Source: Patescibacteria group bacterium
Lineage (GTDB): Bacteria > Patescibacteriota > CPR2 > UBA1875
Reading direction: 5' to 3'
DNA: 64,000 bases
Assembly: GCA_041737595.1 (NCBI GenBank)
Contig: JBGSRK010000010.1
Location: 117,375 to 181,374 of the forward strand
A program made the position numbers and the translations under genes. This document shows, one piece after another, positions 51,769 through 60,993 of this stretch; position 1 is the first letter of the stretch; each line of letters starts with the position of its first letter. The notes below the pieces were generated by a model, which worked only from the letters and a program-made list of their open reading frames with translations, was not told the DNA's origin and did no database searches.

Positions 51769-53536
51769 TATTGCTTTCCTCTAATCTGTTTAATTGTTCA
51801 GGGTTTGTTGTAATTAATATATCCTCTGCATAAGACGGAGTTATTTCAATCGCAGCATGATCTTGTCCTGCAAAAAACAATCCTTCGCCGACTTCACAAT
51901 TAAGTAAGAAAAATTTTTCTGCTTGAGTTAAGTTAAAAGCCTCTACAACCATGTCAACTGCAGACGGATGTTGTTTTAATAAAATACTCATTGATGAATT
52001 ACTAATAATAGCTTTGCCATAATTAGAACCCAAAAAATCTTCTACATCTTGGACTATAGTTGTTATTCCTAAATAATACTTTCTTGCTCTTTTTGCCATA
52101 GAAAAAAGAAATTGAGCTGAATCTCGATATTTCATTAATATCCAAGCTTCATCAACCGCTAAAATCCTTTTTTTACGAGAACCTTTTATTCTATTCCAAA
52201 TAAAGTTTAAAACCATATACATTACCATTGGCCTTAGTTCGTCCTCAAGGTCTCGTATAGAGAAAACAATAAATCTATTATCAAGGCTTATATTTGATCT
52301 TCTATTAAAAATACCAGCAAAAGTTCCACTAACAAATTTACTTAAAGATGAGTTTAGTGTTTCAGCTCCTTTTAAGGATGAAAGTATTTTTATTAAATCA
52401 TCCATAATAGGGGGTTCTAGCCCGTGGGTAGATGGGTCTTTTGTGATACCCCTTGATGCATAACATTGAACTAGGGCTTGATCTAGCAGATTATCTTCAA
52501 CGGGCGATATTTTCCCTCCAGCCATTATTCTTAACAATCCATGTAAAAGAATAATATTTGATCTTAAGCTATTACCTGCATCTTCTGGATCATCTGGGTC
52601 TACCACCGGTAAATCAAATGGGTTAATAACATATTCAGAATTAATATTTAAGTTTAGATATGAACCTCCCACTGCCTTACAAAGCCGTTCATATTCGTTT
52701 TCTGGATCTATTACAAGTACTTCTGTCCCGGTTATCAAATATCTTAAGAGTTCTAGTTTTACCGAATAACTTTTCCCAGAGCCAGACTTTGCGAGTATTA
52801 CAGAATTTGCATTTTCCAAACCAAAACGATCAAAGAATATAAGCCCATTTGTGTGCTTATTTAAGCCATAAAGTATCCCATCATTTCTAGACATATTACT
52901 TGAAGCAAATGGGAAAAATGTTGAAAGTGCACCAGTATCAAGATTTTTTGAAACCATTAAGTCATCTTTACCATAAGGGAAAGAGACATTTAGCCCTTGT
53001 TCTTGTTGGAAAATAGCAGGCTTCATCATAATTAAGGACCCACCTAAAAGATTTTCTAGTACCTTTGTTAATGATTCTAGCTCTTCTTTAGATGAAGCAA
53101 AAATTGTGAAGTACAAAGATGCTTTAAATAATTTTGCTTCACCTCTTTGGAGTGAATCTCTAAGATCTTCTACATCAAAATGAGCCGTTTCTAAAAGAGG
53201 ATCACGAACCTTACCTTTTACCTGATTCTCATAAACTTGAGATTCGATTTGAGCAGATTTGTTTCTTAATTTTTTTAAAGTATCTTGTGTTTCAACAGGA
53301 TAAATAAACAAAGAAGTATTAAGTGAAAAATCTATATTAACAACAGGTGAAAGCCAATCGGTGTATAGAACTCTTGGGTAAGCATAAACAAAAAAAGTTC
53401 TTACATAATATGTTCCAAGTTGGATATAACTTGATTCAACCGAAATTGCTGAAGGGGAAATAATATCTATTATTGATGTTCCTCCTTCACTTATTATTTT
53501 TTGATCATTGTTTTTATTATTATTAAAAATGTTCAT
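51755..53536 (-). CDS. VirB4/TrsE/PrgJ-like type IV secretion ATPase, C-terminal two-thirds
   Basis: 593 aa with YVRTFFVYAYPRVL, Walker A AKSGSGKSYS, Walker B ILAVDEAW, and a C-terminal VirB4 motif. Confidence 0.85.
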   Translation of the reverse strand: MNIFNNNKNNDQKIISEGGTSIIDIISPSAISVESSYIQLGTYYVRTFFVYAYPRVLYTDWLSPVVNIDFSLNTSLFIYPVETQDTLKKLRNKSAQIESQVYENQVKGKVRDPLLETAHFDVEDLRDSLQRGEAKLFKASLYFTIFASSKEELESLTKVLENLLGGSLIMMKPAIFQQEQGLNVSFPYGKDDLMVSKNLDTGALSTFFPFASSNMSRNDGILYGLNKHTNGLIFFDRFGLENANSVILAKSGSGKSYSVKLELLRYLITGTEVLVIDPENEYERLCKAVGGSYLNLNINSEYVINPFDLPVVDPDDPEDAGNSLRSNIILLHGLLRIMAGGKISPVEDNLLDQALVQCYASRGITKDPSTHGLEPPIMDDLIKILSSLKGAETLNSSLSKFVSGTFAGIFNRRSNISLDNRFIVFSIRDLEDELRPMVMYMVLNFIWNRIKGSRKKRILAVDEAWILMKYRDSAQFLFSMAKRARKYYLGITTIVQDVEDFLGSNYGKAIISNSSMSILLKQHPSAVDMVVEAFNLTQAEKFFLLNCEVGEGLFFAGQDHAAIEITPSYAEDILITTNPEQLNRLEESNNGTG

Positions 53537-53539
53537 TTT

Positions 53540-54196
53540 TTATTTTCCTGTAACCATGTCACCGCTTATGGAATTTATGGCATTCCCAATCTTAATATTT
53601 GTTGCAATATCGGGGTTGTAAAGAATATAAATTAAATCTGCAATTTGTTCAGTATTTAATACTTTTCCCGTAAGTCCCATAGACGTTACTCCATTAACAA
53701 TTTGTTCTATTCTGGCCATTAAACCTTTTTTATTTTCCTCAAATTCAGACATGGGGTTTGTTTTTGAACCAAAAAACCCACCTTTATTTAAATTAACAGG
53801 GTAAAAAGACACAACTATATAAAACTCCTTATCCATAATATTTGCCTGTGTAAGTAACATTTCTATAAATGTTTTATATTCTTCTGCCTGGATTTTTATA
53901 AAGGGGCTTTGCTCAGCTCCAATTATTGTTTCTAACTTAGTTAAATAATCAGTTAAATCTAATTTTCTTGAAACAGAAAGTATTTGAATTGGGAATTCTA
54001 TTGAATTTAAAAAGGATTGGTATGCATAAGAAACAGATTCTTTTTCCGTTTCACTTTTTAAAGATAAATTAATCGAAGAAATAGAAACAATAGAACGGAG
54101 ACTTCCGTCCTTCATAATTATTACACCCTCCTTAATATCCTTTATTGGGACAATATTTTGGCTAGGTGCAGAAGATTTTTTATTCCCCTGTGACAT
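53540..54196 (-). CDS. VirB4-like N-terminal domain encoded as a separate ORF (split gene or pseudogene fragment)
   Basis: 218 aa. IVPIKDIKEGVIIMKDGSLRSIVSISSINLSLKSETEKESVSYAYQSFLNSIEFPIQI is the typical N-terminus of Gram-positive VirB4 homologs. It is separated from the ATPase ORF by a single TAA. Confidence 0.6.
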   Translation of the reverse strand: MSQGNKKSSAPSQNIVPIKDIKEGVIIMKDGSLRSIVSISSINLSLKSETEKESVSYAYQSFLNSIEFPIQILSVSRKLDLTDYLTKLETIIGAEQSPFIKIQAEEYKTFIEMLLTQANIMDKEFYIVVSFYPVNLNKGGFFGSKTNPMSEFEENKKGLMARIEQIVNGVTSMGLTGKVLNTEQIADLIYILYNPDIATNIKIGNAINSISGDMVTGK

Positions 54197-54234
54197 ATAA
54201 TAAGTTTAACAGATTATCGCACTTGTTTTAATAT

Positions 54235-54828
54235 CTAATTTCTTCGTCTTCTTTTAATTTCAATTTGAGGATTGTCAAAATTTTGTTTTGGAGATACGCT
54301 AGCAAGCTGCGAAAGAAGGGGTTCGGCATCTTTTTTTGAATTAACAGTACTGTTAATTGTACTATCTAAAAAACTATTTTTTTCCATTATTGGGTCCGGG
54401 GCTCCCGGATAATCAAAATTAGATTTATCAGAAACCCTAGCTGCGTTTTTTAATTTCTCCTGTATTTGTTCTAGACTTTCTCGTTTAACGGCTCGAGGAG
54501 TTTCTTCTCTTTTGTTCGGTTCTGTTTGTTCTATTTTTTCAGCCTCTCTTTTCCAAACCATTTTACGAGGATTAATGTATGAACCAATAGCATCAATAAT
54601 AATTTTTTCTAGGTGTTGACCGCCATAATCAAAAAAAGCTAATCCAAGTGCTCCTGCAATAATTATCATAGAAAAAAGATAAAAGAAAAATCTAATGGGC
54701 CCGTATAGTGCAAAATTTAATACAATAATTAGTCCAACCCCAATTAAGATTATAATAAATTGCCTAAGCGTTAATGGCCCGACAACCTTATCTTCTATAT
54801 CTATATTTTGTGGGACTTTGTATTCCAT
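54235..54828 (-). CDS. VirB3/PrgI-like small membrane protein
   Basis: 197 aa with two N-terminal TM helices after LTLRQFIIILIGVGL. It is positioned between the VirB6-like and VirB4 genes. Confidence 0.5.
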   Translation of the reverse strand: MEYKVPQNIDIEDKVVGPLTLRQFIIILIGVGLIIVLNFALYGPIRFFFYLFSMIIIAGALGLAFFDYGGQHLEKIIIDAIGSYINPRKMVWKREAEKIEQTEPNKREETPRAVKRESLEQIQEKLKNAARVSDKSNFDYPGAPDPIMEKNSFLDSTINSTVNSKKDAEPLLSQLASVSPKQNFDNPQIEIKRRRRN

Positions 54829-54840
54829 AATATTAAAATA

Positions 54841-56751
54841 TTATTTAAACTTAGGGTCATTAATTGTGTCTTGACTAGTACCGGGTCCCATTGAGGCTGC
54901 CATTTTAGACCTTGCTTCTCTGCTATCATTTGTAGCACGTTCACTCCAATTGCGCGCATTCTTTGGATCTGCAAAATAATCTACATAATGGTTTTGAGCT
55001 TCTGCGGCCCATTGTTGTTCACCATCCCAATTGCCCGCAGCATCAATAACGTCTGCCATTTTGCCAGACATATTAATAGGGTTAACCTTGTCAATCTCTG
55101 CCTTAGCCATTTTGCGGGCATTTCTAATGGTTTTTGCTTGAGCTGCAACTGTTCCACCTTCGCCCTCCATTGCAGTTAATTGAGCTTCTGACATATTTAT
55201 TCTTGCACTTTGATCAGTGTCTTTGGCAATATCAAGTGCATAATCTTTTACCATAGAAGATAGCCCTGCACTGTGGCCGTTTTTTAATAACATATTCCTT
55301 AAATCGCCATTTTCTGGTCCTTTTAATGCGGCCGGGTTATCTTTGTGAACTAATCTTAATAGTGCTATTTCTTCATTCTCACTTAAATTACCCTTCCTAA
55401 GAAGTTCAACCATTTCCTCATAACCCTTACCTTCATGTATTTCTGAAAATGCACCTTGCTGTTGCTGATTAAATCTATTTTGAGCGCTCTTATCTTCTTC
55501 TGTCCCAATAAGTTTATCAAGCCCCAATAATCTTCTCCCAAGTGGATTATTTTCATTGGCAAGCATTCTACCGGTCTTGGCGCGTCGAAGCGTTCTATTG
55601 CGAGCTGCTTTATCTTTCCATCCTTGAGACATCAATCCTAGTCCGGATTTATCAGATGCGTAACCAAGCGCCGCCCCCTTGGCCACCCCACCTATTTTTG
55701 AAAGAACTCCCCCAATTCCAGCCGTAACTGCCCCTCCGTTTTTTATTGGAATAGCAAATGCCATAAAAAATGCAACACAAAGCATCAAAGAAGCCATTAT
55801 AAAGTCATTTATCCCAGAAAATGCCATTATCGCCGAACCAATAAATAAAATAGCCATAATTTGGATTCCCATAAGACCCCACTTAAAAAATTCAGACCAC
55901 CACTTTTTGTATAAACTTTCAGTGAAAGGCAAAAGATTTGCAAGAGCCGCTAACGGTGAAATTACAATTAATAGATAAAGCATAAAAACTCTTACTCCCA
56001 GAAGAATCCAAAGCCCAATTGCAGGGAAAAGTATGATTATAGAAACGATTACGGCTAGCACAAGATTAATAACTGCCGTCGCAGTCCCAATTCCGGAAGT
56101 TGCAGCTACCCCCATATCTCTAAATGGTTTATACCAATCCCCGCCAGGGATAACAACATTATATATATTATCCACTAACATGTTTTCTATAGCACTAAAA
56201 AAACCAAGCAAGAAATCCGCAATAGCATAACTGAAAAGAGCTAAAAATAGAGTAACGACTAATTTTGGTATAATCTTCCCTAGCCCATATTTATCTCTTT
56301 GAAGGTTTAAGATATTCATTACGGCAATAATGATTATTGCTACTGAAAGTAGCCCTAATCCCAAATCTCTAAAATGAGTCCAAACTCGCTCCATGCTTCC
56401 ACTGTAAGTTGGGCTATAGGTAAGATTATTTCCCCAATCAAGAGCAGTTTTTATTGCAAAAATACAAAAACTAGAAACCCCGCCAAGTATCGCCCTACCA
56501 ATATCGGTAATAAAATTATTAATCAGCCCTGTGATACATAGTGACCATTGCCAAGGGAGAAGACTACCGCATTCTGGTGGGGTTGTGGTTGGGATTGGGG
56601 TGGGTGGAGTATATGTTGGGACGGTGTATGTTGGTGAAGCTCCTCCTCCAGGGCCAACAGAAGCAGCTCTCAAACTAACAGGAATAAATAAGCTCTGGGA
56701 CATAAATAGCGCCAGAGTCAAACTGATAATTATTTTTTTAAACACCCTCAT
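54841..56751 (-). CDS. VirB6/TrbL-like polytopic membrane protein with Pro/Thr-rich N-terminal stalk
   Basis: 636 aa with a signal peptide, PTYTVPTYTPPTPIPTTTPP, more than 6 TM helices, and a hydrophilic C-terminal 250-aa domain. Confidence 0.5.
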   Translation of the reverse strand: MRVFKKIIISLTLALFMSQSLFIPVSLRAASVGPGGGASPTYTVPTYTPPTPIPTTTPPECGSLLPWQWSLCITGLINNFITDIGRAILGGVSSFCIFAIKTALDWGNNLTYSPTYSGSMERVWTHFRDLGLGLLSVAIIIIAVMNILNLQRDKYGLGKIIPKLVVTLFLALFSYAIADFLLGFFSAIENMLVDNIYNVVIPGGDWYKPFRDMGVAATSGIGTATAVINLVLAVIVSIIILFPAIGLWILLGVRVFMLYLLIVISPLAALANLLPFTESLYKKWWSEFFKWGLMGIQIMAILFIGSAIMAFSGINDFIMASLMLCVAFFMAFAIPIKNGGAVTAGIGGVLSKIGGVAKGAALGYASDKSGLGLMSQGWKDKAARNRTLRRAKTGRMLANENNPLGRRLLGLDKLIGTEEDKSAQNRFNQQQQGAFSEIHEGKGYEEMVELLRKGNLSENEEIALLRLVHKDNPAALKGPENGDLRNMLLKNGHSAGLSSMVKDYALDIAKDTDQSARINMSEAQLTAMEGEGGTVAAQAKTIRNARKMAKAEIDKVNPINMSGKMADVIDAAGNWDGEQQWAAEAQNHYVDYFADPKNARNWSERATNDSREARSKMAASMGPGTSQDTINDPKFK

Positions 56752-56831
56752 AACTCTATTATATATTTAAGTTGTTATTACGCAATAAAAAAAATACCAA
56801 ATAACTTTAGTATTTTTTTATTTTTTAAAAT

Positions 56832-57143
56832 TTACGCAGTGGCGATTGTTTTTGCCCAGTTTAAGATAACAAGAGCCAAAACAACAACAATTACACCGAT
56901 GACTGCATTTAAGATAGCTGTTCTTGCTTCAGACGCTTTTCCAGAATCTCCTTGAGCTAAAATATATTTAACACCTGCATATACTATATATGCAACTGCA
57001 ATAGCTCCAACAAACCAAAGAATATATTCAAATATTCTTATAATTGTTGCCTTTGGGTCTCCTGCACCACTGGCTAGAGTGATGTTTAAGTCACCTGAAC
57101 TGATTGCAATCTTAGTCCCCATGGCTAATAATTTTTCGTTCAT
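56832..57143 (-). CDS. VirB2/TrbC-like pilin paralog 4
   Basis: 103 aa. Two hydrophobic helices flank GDSGKASEAR. Paralog of the three genes upstream. Confidence 0.45.
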   Translation of the reverse strand: MNEKLLAMGTKIAISSGDLNITLASGAGDPKATIIRIFEYILWFVGAIAVAYIVYAGVKYILAQGDSGKASEARTAILNAVIGVIVVVLALVILNWAKTIATA

Positions 57144-57194
57144 AATTCCTCCTTCTTAATAAATGATATTAATTTTATCTGAATAAGTCAACTT

Positions 57195-57509
57195 TTATAT
57201 TAATACTTCTCCCCAAAAACTAGATACCCAGTTTATAATTACAGCAGATATGCCGATTAAAACAACTCCAATTACAGATATTAAAATAATTTTTCTTGCT
57301 TCGGCAGCTTTCCCCGCGTCTCCTTCGGCCATAATATATTTAACCCCCCCATATATAATTGAACCAAGCCCAACCCCAACTAAAATAGGCACTAATAGGT
57401 TGTTTAAATATTTAAAAACCAAATCTTGAATACTACTACCTCCATACACGGCCGAACCTGGGAGAGTGACTGTAGCAAAATTAGTTATATTTTTTACATA
57501 TTTTTTCAT
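57195..57509 (-). CDS. VirB2/TrbC-like pilin paralog 3
   Basis: 104 aa with ...GGVKYIMAEGDAGKAAEARKIILISVIGVVLIG... Confidence 0.45.
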   Translation of the reverse strand: MKKYVKNITNFATVTLPGSAVYGGSSIQDLVFKYLNNLLVPILVGVGLGSIIYGGVKYIMAEGDAGKAAEARKIILISVIGVVLIGISAVIINWVSSFWGEVLI

Positions 57510-57513
57510 AATA

Positions 57514-57846
57514 TTAACTCGTGATACTTATAAATGTGCTAATAATAAATCCCGACGCAATAATTATTGAAAGTCCGACAAGAGAGGCGATTATTATTTT
57601 TCTCGCTTCAGTAACCTTATTTTGATCACCACCAGACATAAATAATTTGAATATACCCCAGAAAAACATTGAGACTGCTATTGCCCCAACAGCTCCAATT
57701 GCTATATTTTTTACTATGTTAACAAAAATAATTAAATCACTCGCGGTAGCGGGGTTTGGACCATTTAACCAACTAAAAATACCAGCTGCATTTACTGCTT
57801 TTGGTGTTATTAAATAATGAATTATTTCTATTAATGCCATATACAT
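57514..57846 (-). CDS. VirB2/TrbC-like pilin paralog 2
   Basis: 110 aa with ...FKLFMSGGDQNKVTEARKIIIASLVGLSIII... Confidence 0.45.
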   Translation of the reverse strand: MYMALIEIIHYLITPKAVNAAGIFSWLNGPNPATASDLIIFVNIVKNIAIGAVGAIAVSMFFWGIFKLFMSGGDQNKVTEARKIIIASLVGLSIIIASGFIISTFISITS

Positions 57847-58229
57847 GATGCCAGGGTATTTATCCCTAAAAAATTATAGATTAAAAAATAAGAAAATAAA
57901 AGCAACCCAAGGCCTGAAAGTACACCATAAATATACTCTTTTGCTTTGTCTATTTTATTTGTGTCACCAGCAGAAGTCATCCATAGATATCCAGCAAAAA
58001 TAAGTACAAGAGTAGCAACGGGGATTAAAAGTCCAGATATCCATTGCCAGACACTACAAATCCAACAATCATAATCCATAGAACCCGAAATACCACTACG
58101 ACATGATTCCCAGGGATCTCCCGGCGCAGCGAAAGCAATCTTTGCATAAAGGTTTAATAAGAAAGAGTATAATAATATTTTTTTCAATTTCATCTCTTTT
58201 ATAATATATAAGAAAAAATCTTTTCTCAA
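57831..58229 (-). CDS. VirB2/TrbC-like pilin paralog 1 with Cys-rich N-terminal extension
   Basis: 132 aa with a signal peptide ...AKIAFA/APGDP, five Cys in the N-terminal region, then ...MTSAGDTNKIDKAKEYIYGVLSGLG... Confidence 0.45.
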   Translation of the reverse strand: MRKDFFLYIIKEMKLKKILLYSFLLNLYAKIAFAAPGDPWESCRSGISGSMDYDCWICSVWQWISGLLIPVATLVLIFAGYLWMTSAGDTNKIDKAKEYIYGVLSGLGLLLFSYFLIYNFLGINTLASCIWH

Positions 58230-58256
58230 GTTCTTTTTATCTAGTATAATAAATAC

Positions 58257-58742
58257 ATGACACTTTCATGGGACCTATTTGTACTTCTTTTTACCGGAAT
58301 TATTGTTGTATATTCTATTCTTTTAGGTAGAAATAGAATAGTCGGTATTCTTATAAATATATATATTTCTCTTGCTGTAACATTAGTTGTTGGTGATGCG
58401 GTTTATAATTTAGTTTCTAATTTTACAATTATCTCGAATAGATTTTCCGTAACTGAATTTGCCGTAAAAACAATATTCCTAGTAACCGTCACGGCTCTAC
58501 TTTCAATTAAAAGTGAAATCGCTGGACTTGATAGTGGAGGATCAGTATCAAAAATTCAAGCAGGCATTTATGGGTTTTTGACTTCTGGTTTTATTCTTTC
58601 TACAATCTTTTCATTTATGGCTGATTCGCAAATAATTGCCCTTGATTCAAATTTTGTAAATTTAATAGTAAGTTTTTATATGGTACTTGTTGTTGCCCCA
58701 ATATTATTTATGATTGGAACTGCATTTACTAAAAAGTTCTAA
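58257..58742 (+). CDS. CvpA-family-like small membrane protein
   Basis: 161 aa with 4-5 TM helices. The N-terminal DLFVLLFTGIIVVYSILLGRNRIVG resembles Colicin_V/CvpA. Confidence 0.4.
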   Translation: MTLSWDLFVLLFTGIIVVYSILLGRNRIVGILINIYISLAVTLVVGDAVYNLVSNFTIISNRFSVTEFAVKTIFLVTVTALLSIKSEIAGLDSGGSVSKIQAGIYGFLTSGFILSTIFSFMADSQIIALDSNFVNLIVSFYMVLVVAPILFMIGTAFTKKF

Positions 58743-58798
58743 AAAATATTTAACTTTAACAATTTTAGTTTATAAATTATCTTTTATATTATTTATCA

Positions 58799-58817
58799 CT
58801 ACACTACTACGTAGTAA
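58799..58817. repeat. 19-bp repeat copy B1 with 12-bp perfect palindrome TACTACGTAGTA, downstream of the second TrpR-like gene
   Basis: ctacactactacgtagtaa is identical to 59266..59284. Confidence 0.75.
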
Positions 58818-58844
58818 GACAGTGGTAAAAAAATATTTTAAGAT

Positions 58845-59201
58845 TTAATTAGGAATAATTCTTTTAATAACAGCAGGAGAACCTTTATAACCACGAGGAG
58901 AATATTTATGAATAGGTTTCTTATTATTTATTGCAATCTTTTTAGAAGTTCTTCTAAAACCAAAACCAATTTGATTGGCAACCCTTCCTATGGTGGTTGG
59001 GCTTACACGAAGTATATCTTGTATCTCTAAATATGAAGTACCCATATCTAATAATCTGACAATTTCTAATCTTTTAGCCATATCATTTATTTCACGAGGT
59101 GTTAATATTCTATCAAAAAGTACACGAACTTCTTTGTCGCTATTTGTCTTTGCAATAACTTGAATCAATTTATTGATTTCTTTTTCTCTCCAGTAATCCA
59201 T
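58845..59201 (-). CDS. TrpR-like DNA-binding protein, YerC/YecD family (paralog 2)
   Basis: 118 aa. MDYWREKEINKLIQVIAKTNSDKEVRVLFDRILTPREINDMAKRLEIVRLLDMGTSYLEIQ... is about 55% identical to 23574..23954. Confidence 0.7.
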   Translation of the reverse strand: MDYWREKEINKLIQVIAKTNSDKEVRVLFDRILTPREINDMAKRLEIVRLLDMGTSYLEIQDILRVSPTTIGRVANQIGFGFRRTSKKIAINNKKPIHKYSPRGYKGSPAVIKRIIPN

Positions 59202-59265
59202 ATTATTTATTATACTTATGTTTTTAAATAATTTAAAGATTATAATAAAATCTACACCTATTTTG

Positions 59266-59284
59266 CTACACTACTACGTAGTAA
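59266..59284. repeat. 19-bp repeat copy B2 (palindrome TACTACGTAGTA) in promoter region of TrpR-like paralog 2
   Basis: Identical to 58799..58817, about 65 nt upstream of the start codon at 59201. Confidence 0.75.
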
Positions 59285-59436
59285 TGTAGTGTTAATTACT
59301 TGTTGTTGATACTCTAAATCTATAAATTATATATTAATAAAAAATATTAGTAACGATAGCGTTAAAAATATAAAGAATATTAAAATCTTAATCAAAAGAG
59401 CCCGCTTGGGGGAGCGGACTCAAAAACAGGGGAAAG

Positions 59437-60471
59437 CTATTTTGTGGGGAAAAATTTATCTCGGATACTTTTTTCAATTTCATCAAAAGATTTTGGATTA
59501 TCACGAAGATATTGTTTAGCGGCTTCTCTCCCTTGGCCAATTTTTTCACCTTTATATTCATACCAAGAGCCAGCCTTAGAAACTATTTCCTCCCTTACAG
59601 CGAGATCTAACACGTCGGCTTGTCTAGAAATTCCTTCATTATACATGATGTCAAATTCAGCCGTTTTAAATGGTGGGGCTATTTTATTTTTAACCACCTT
59701 AACCTTAATATGATTTCCAATTACATTGTCACCATCTTTAATTTGTTCTGTTCTCCGAATATCCATTCTGACTGAAGAATAAAATTTAAGGGCGTTTCCA
59801 CCAGAAGTTGTTTCTGGGTTACCAAACATTACTCCAATTTTCATTCTTATTTGATTAATAAAAATAACAGTCGTGTTTGATTTAGATATAACTCCAGTTA
59901 GTTTTCTTAATGCTTGAGACATGAGTCTTGCTTGAAGCCCCATATGTGAATCACCCATCTCGCCTTCGATTTCAGCTCTTGGGACAAGTGCTGCAACAGA
60001 ATCAACAACCAAGACATCCATTGCATTTGAACGAACCAAAGTTTCTGCAATCTCTAGGGCCTGTTCACCGTTATCTGGTTGAGAGATAAGTAATTTTTCA
60101 ATATTTACACCGATATTTTTTGCATATTCCGGATCAAGAGCATGCTCTGCGTCAATAAAAGCAGCGAGCCCACCTCTTTTTTGAGCTTCAGCAATAATAT
60201 GATAAGCAAGTGTAGTTTTTCCTGAGGATTCAGGACCATATATTTCAACAATTCTTCCTTTTGGAACTCCTCCAGCCCCTAGGGCTATATCAAGTGACAG
60301 GGAACCGGTTGGTGTAGTTTGTACATTTAATTTTGTTGATTCGCCAAGGCGCATAATTGCACCTCGACCGAACTGTTTTTCAATTTGGTCAACAGCCATA
60401 TCAACTGCAGTTATTTTACCGGCTAATTCTTTTTCTTTCGCATCTTTTACGGATTTTTTTTCCTCTGGCAT
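59437..60471 (-). CDS. recA: Recombinase RecA
   Basis: 344 aa with Walker [10 protein letters not shown] and L1/L2 loops. Highly conserved. Confidence 0.95.
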   Translation of the reverse strand: MPEEKKSVKDAKEKELAGKITAVDMAVDQIEKQFGRGAIMRLGESTKLNVQTTPTGSLSLDIALGAGGVPKGRIVEIYGPESSGKTTLAYHIIAEAQKRGGLAAFIDAEHALDPEYAKNIGVNIEKLLISQPDNGEQALEIAETLVRSNAMDVLVVDSVAALVPRAEIEGEMGDSHMGLQARLMSQALRKLTGVISKSNTTVIFINQIRMKIGVMFGNPETTSGGNALKFYSSVRMDIRRTEQIKDGDNVIGNHIKVKVVKNKIAPPFKTAEFDIMYNEGISRQADVLDLAVREEIVSKAGSWYEYKGEKIGQGREAAKQYLRDNPKSFDEIEKSIRDKFFPTK

Positions 60472-60576
60472 CTTTCCCCCTTACGTCCAGCAAATCAATT
60501 ATTTATTGAATAGCTATTTACGTATTAATTATTTTATAATTACAAAACTTAAAACCTTTTTAATAATATTTTAAAC

Positions 60577-60972
60577 TTATATATGTTTAGTTCTTATGCT
60601 TACATTATAATGTTCTTTTGTCACTCTTTTGTCAAGCGAACGGATTCTCGAAACAACCATTTTATCAAGTAATGAAAGTCGATTTTCTGTTTGTTTATAC
60701 GAATAATAACTTATTGAATTACCACTATATAAAAGATCGAGATAATATCTTGCTTCAAAAATTGAATTTCTTACATCTGAAAAATATCTCATTTTATCTT
60801 CATCAAAATCTCTTGCTTGTCCTTCAAAAACTGCAACAGGAATTTTAGATACAATTTGACGTAAAGAAATAGCCGCACTTTTGTTTTTTTTAGCTCTTCC
60901 TGAGACTCTAAAAACTATCATTACAAGTTCGTGTGCTTTTTTCTTTAATTGTTGTTCTATATATTCTCTCAT
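60577..60972 (-). CDS. Four-helix-bundle protein (23S rRNA intervening-sequence protein family)
   Basis: 131 aa. KKAHELVMIVFRV...EARYYLDLLYS fits the PF05635 pattern. It lies between lexA and recA. Confidence 0.55.
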   Translation of the reverse strand: MREYIEQQLKKKAHELVMIVFRVSGRAKKNKSAAISLRQIVSKIPVAVFEGQARDFDEDKMRYFSDVRNSIFEARYYLDLLYSGNSISYYSYKQTENRLSLLDKMVVSRIRSLDKRVTKEHYNVSIRTKHI

Positions 60973-60993
60973 TTTAATTCCTAATTTATTAAT

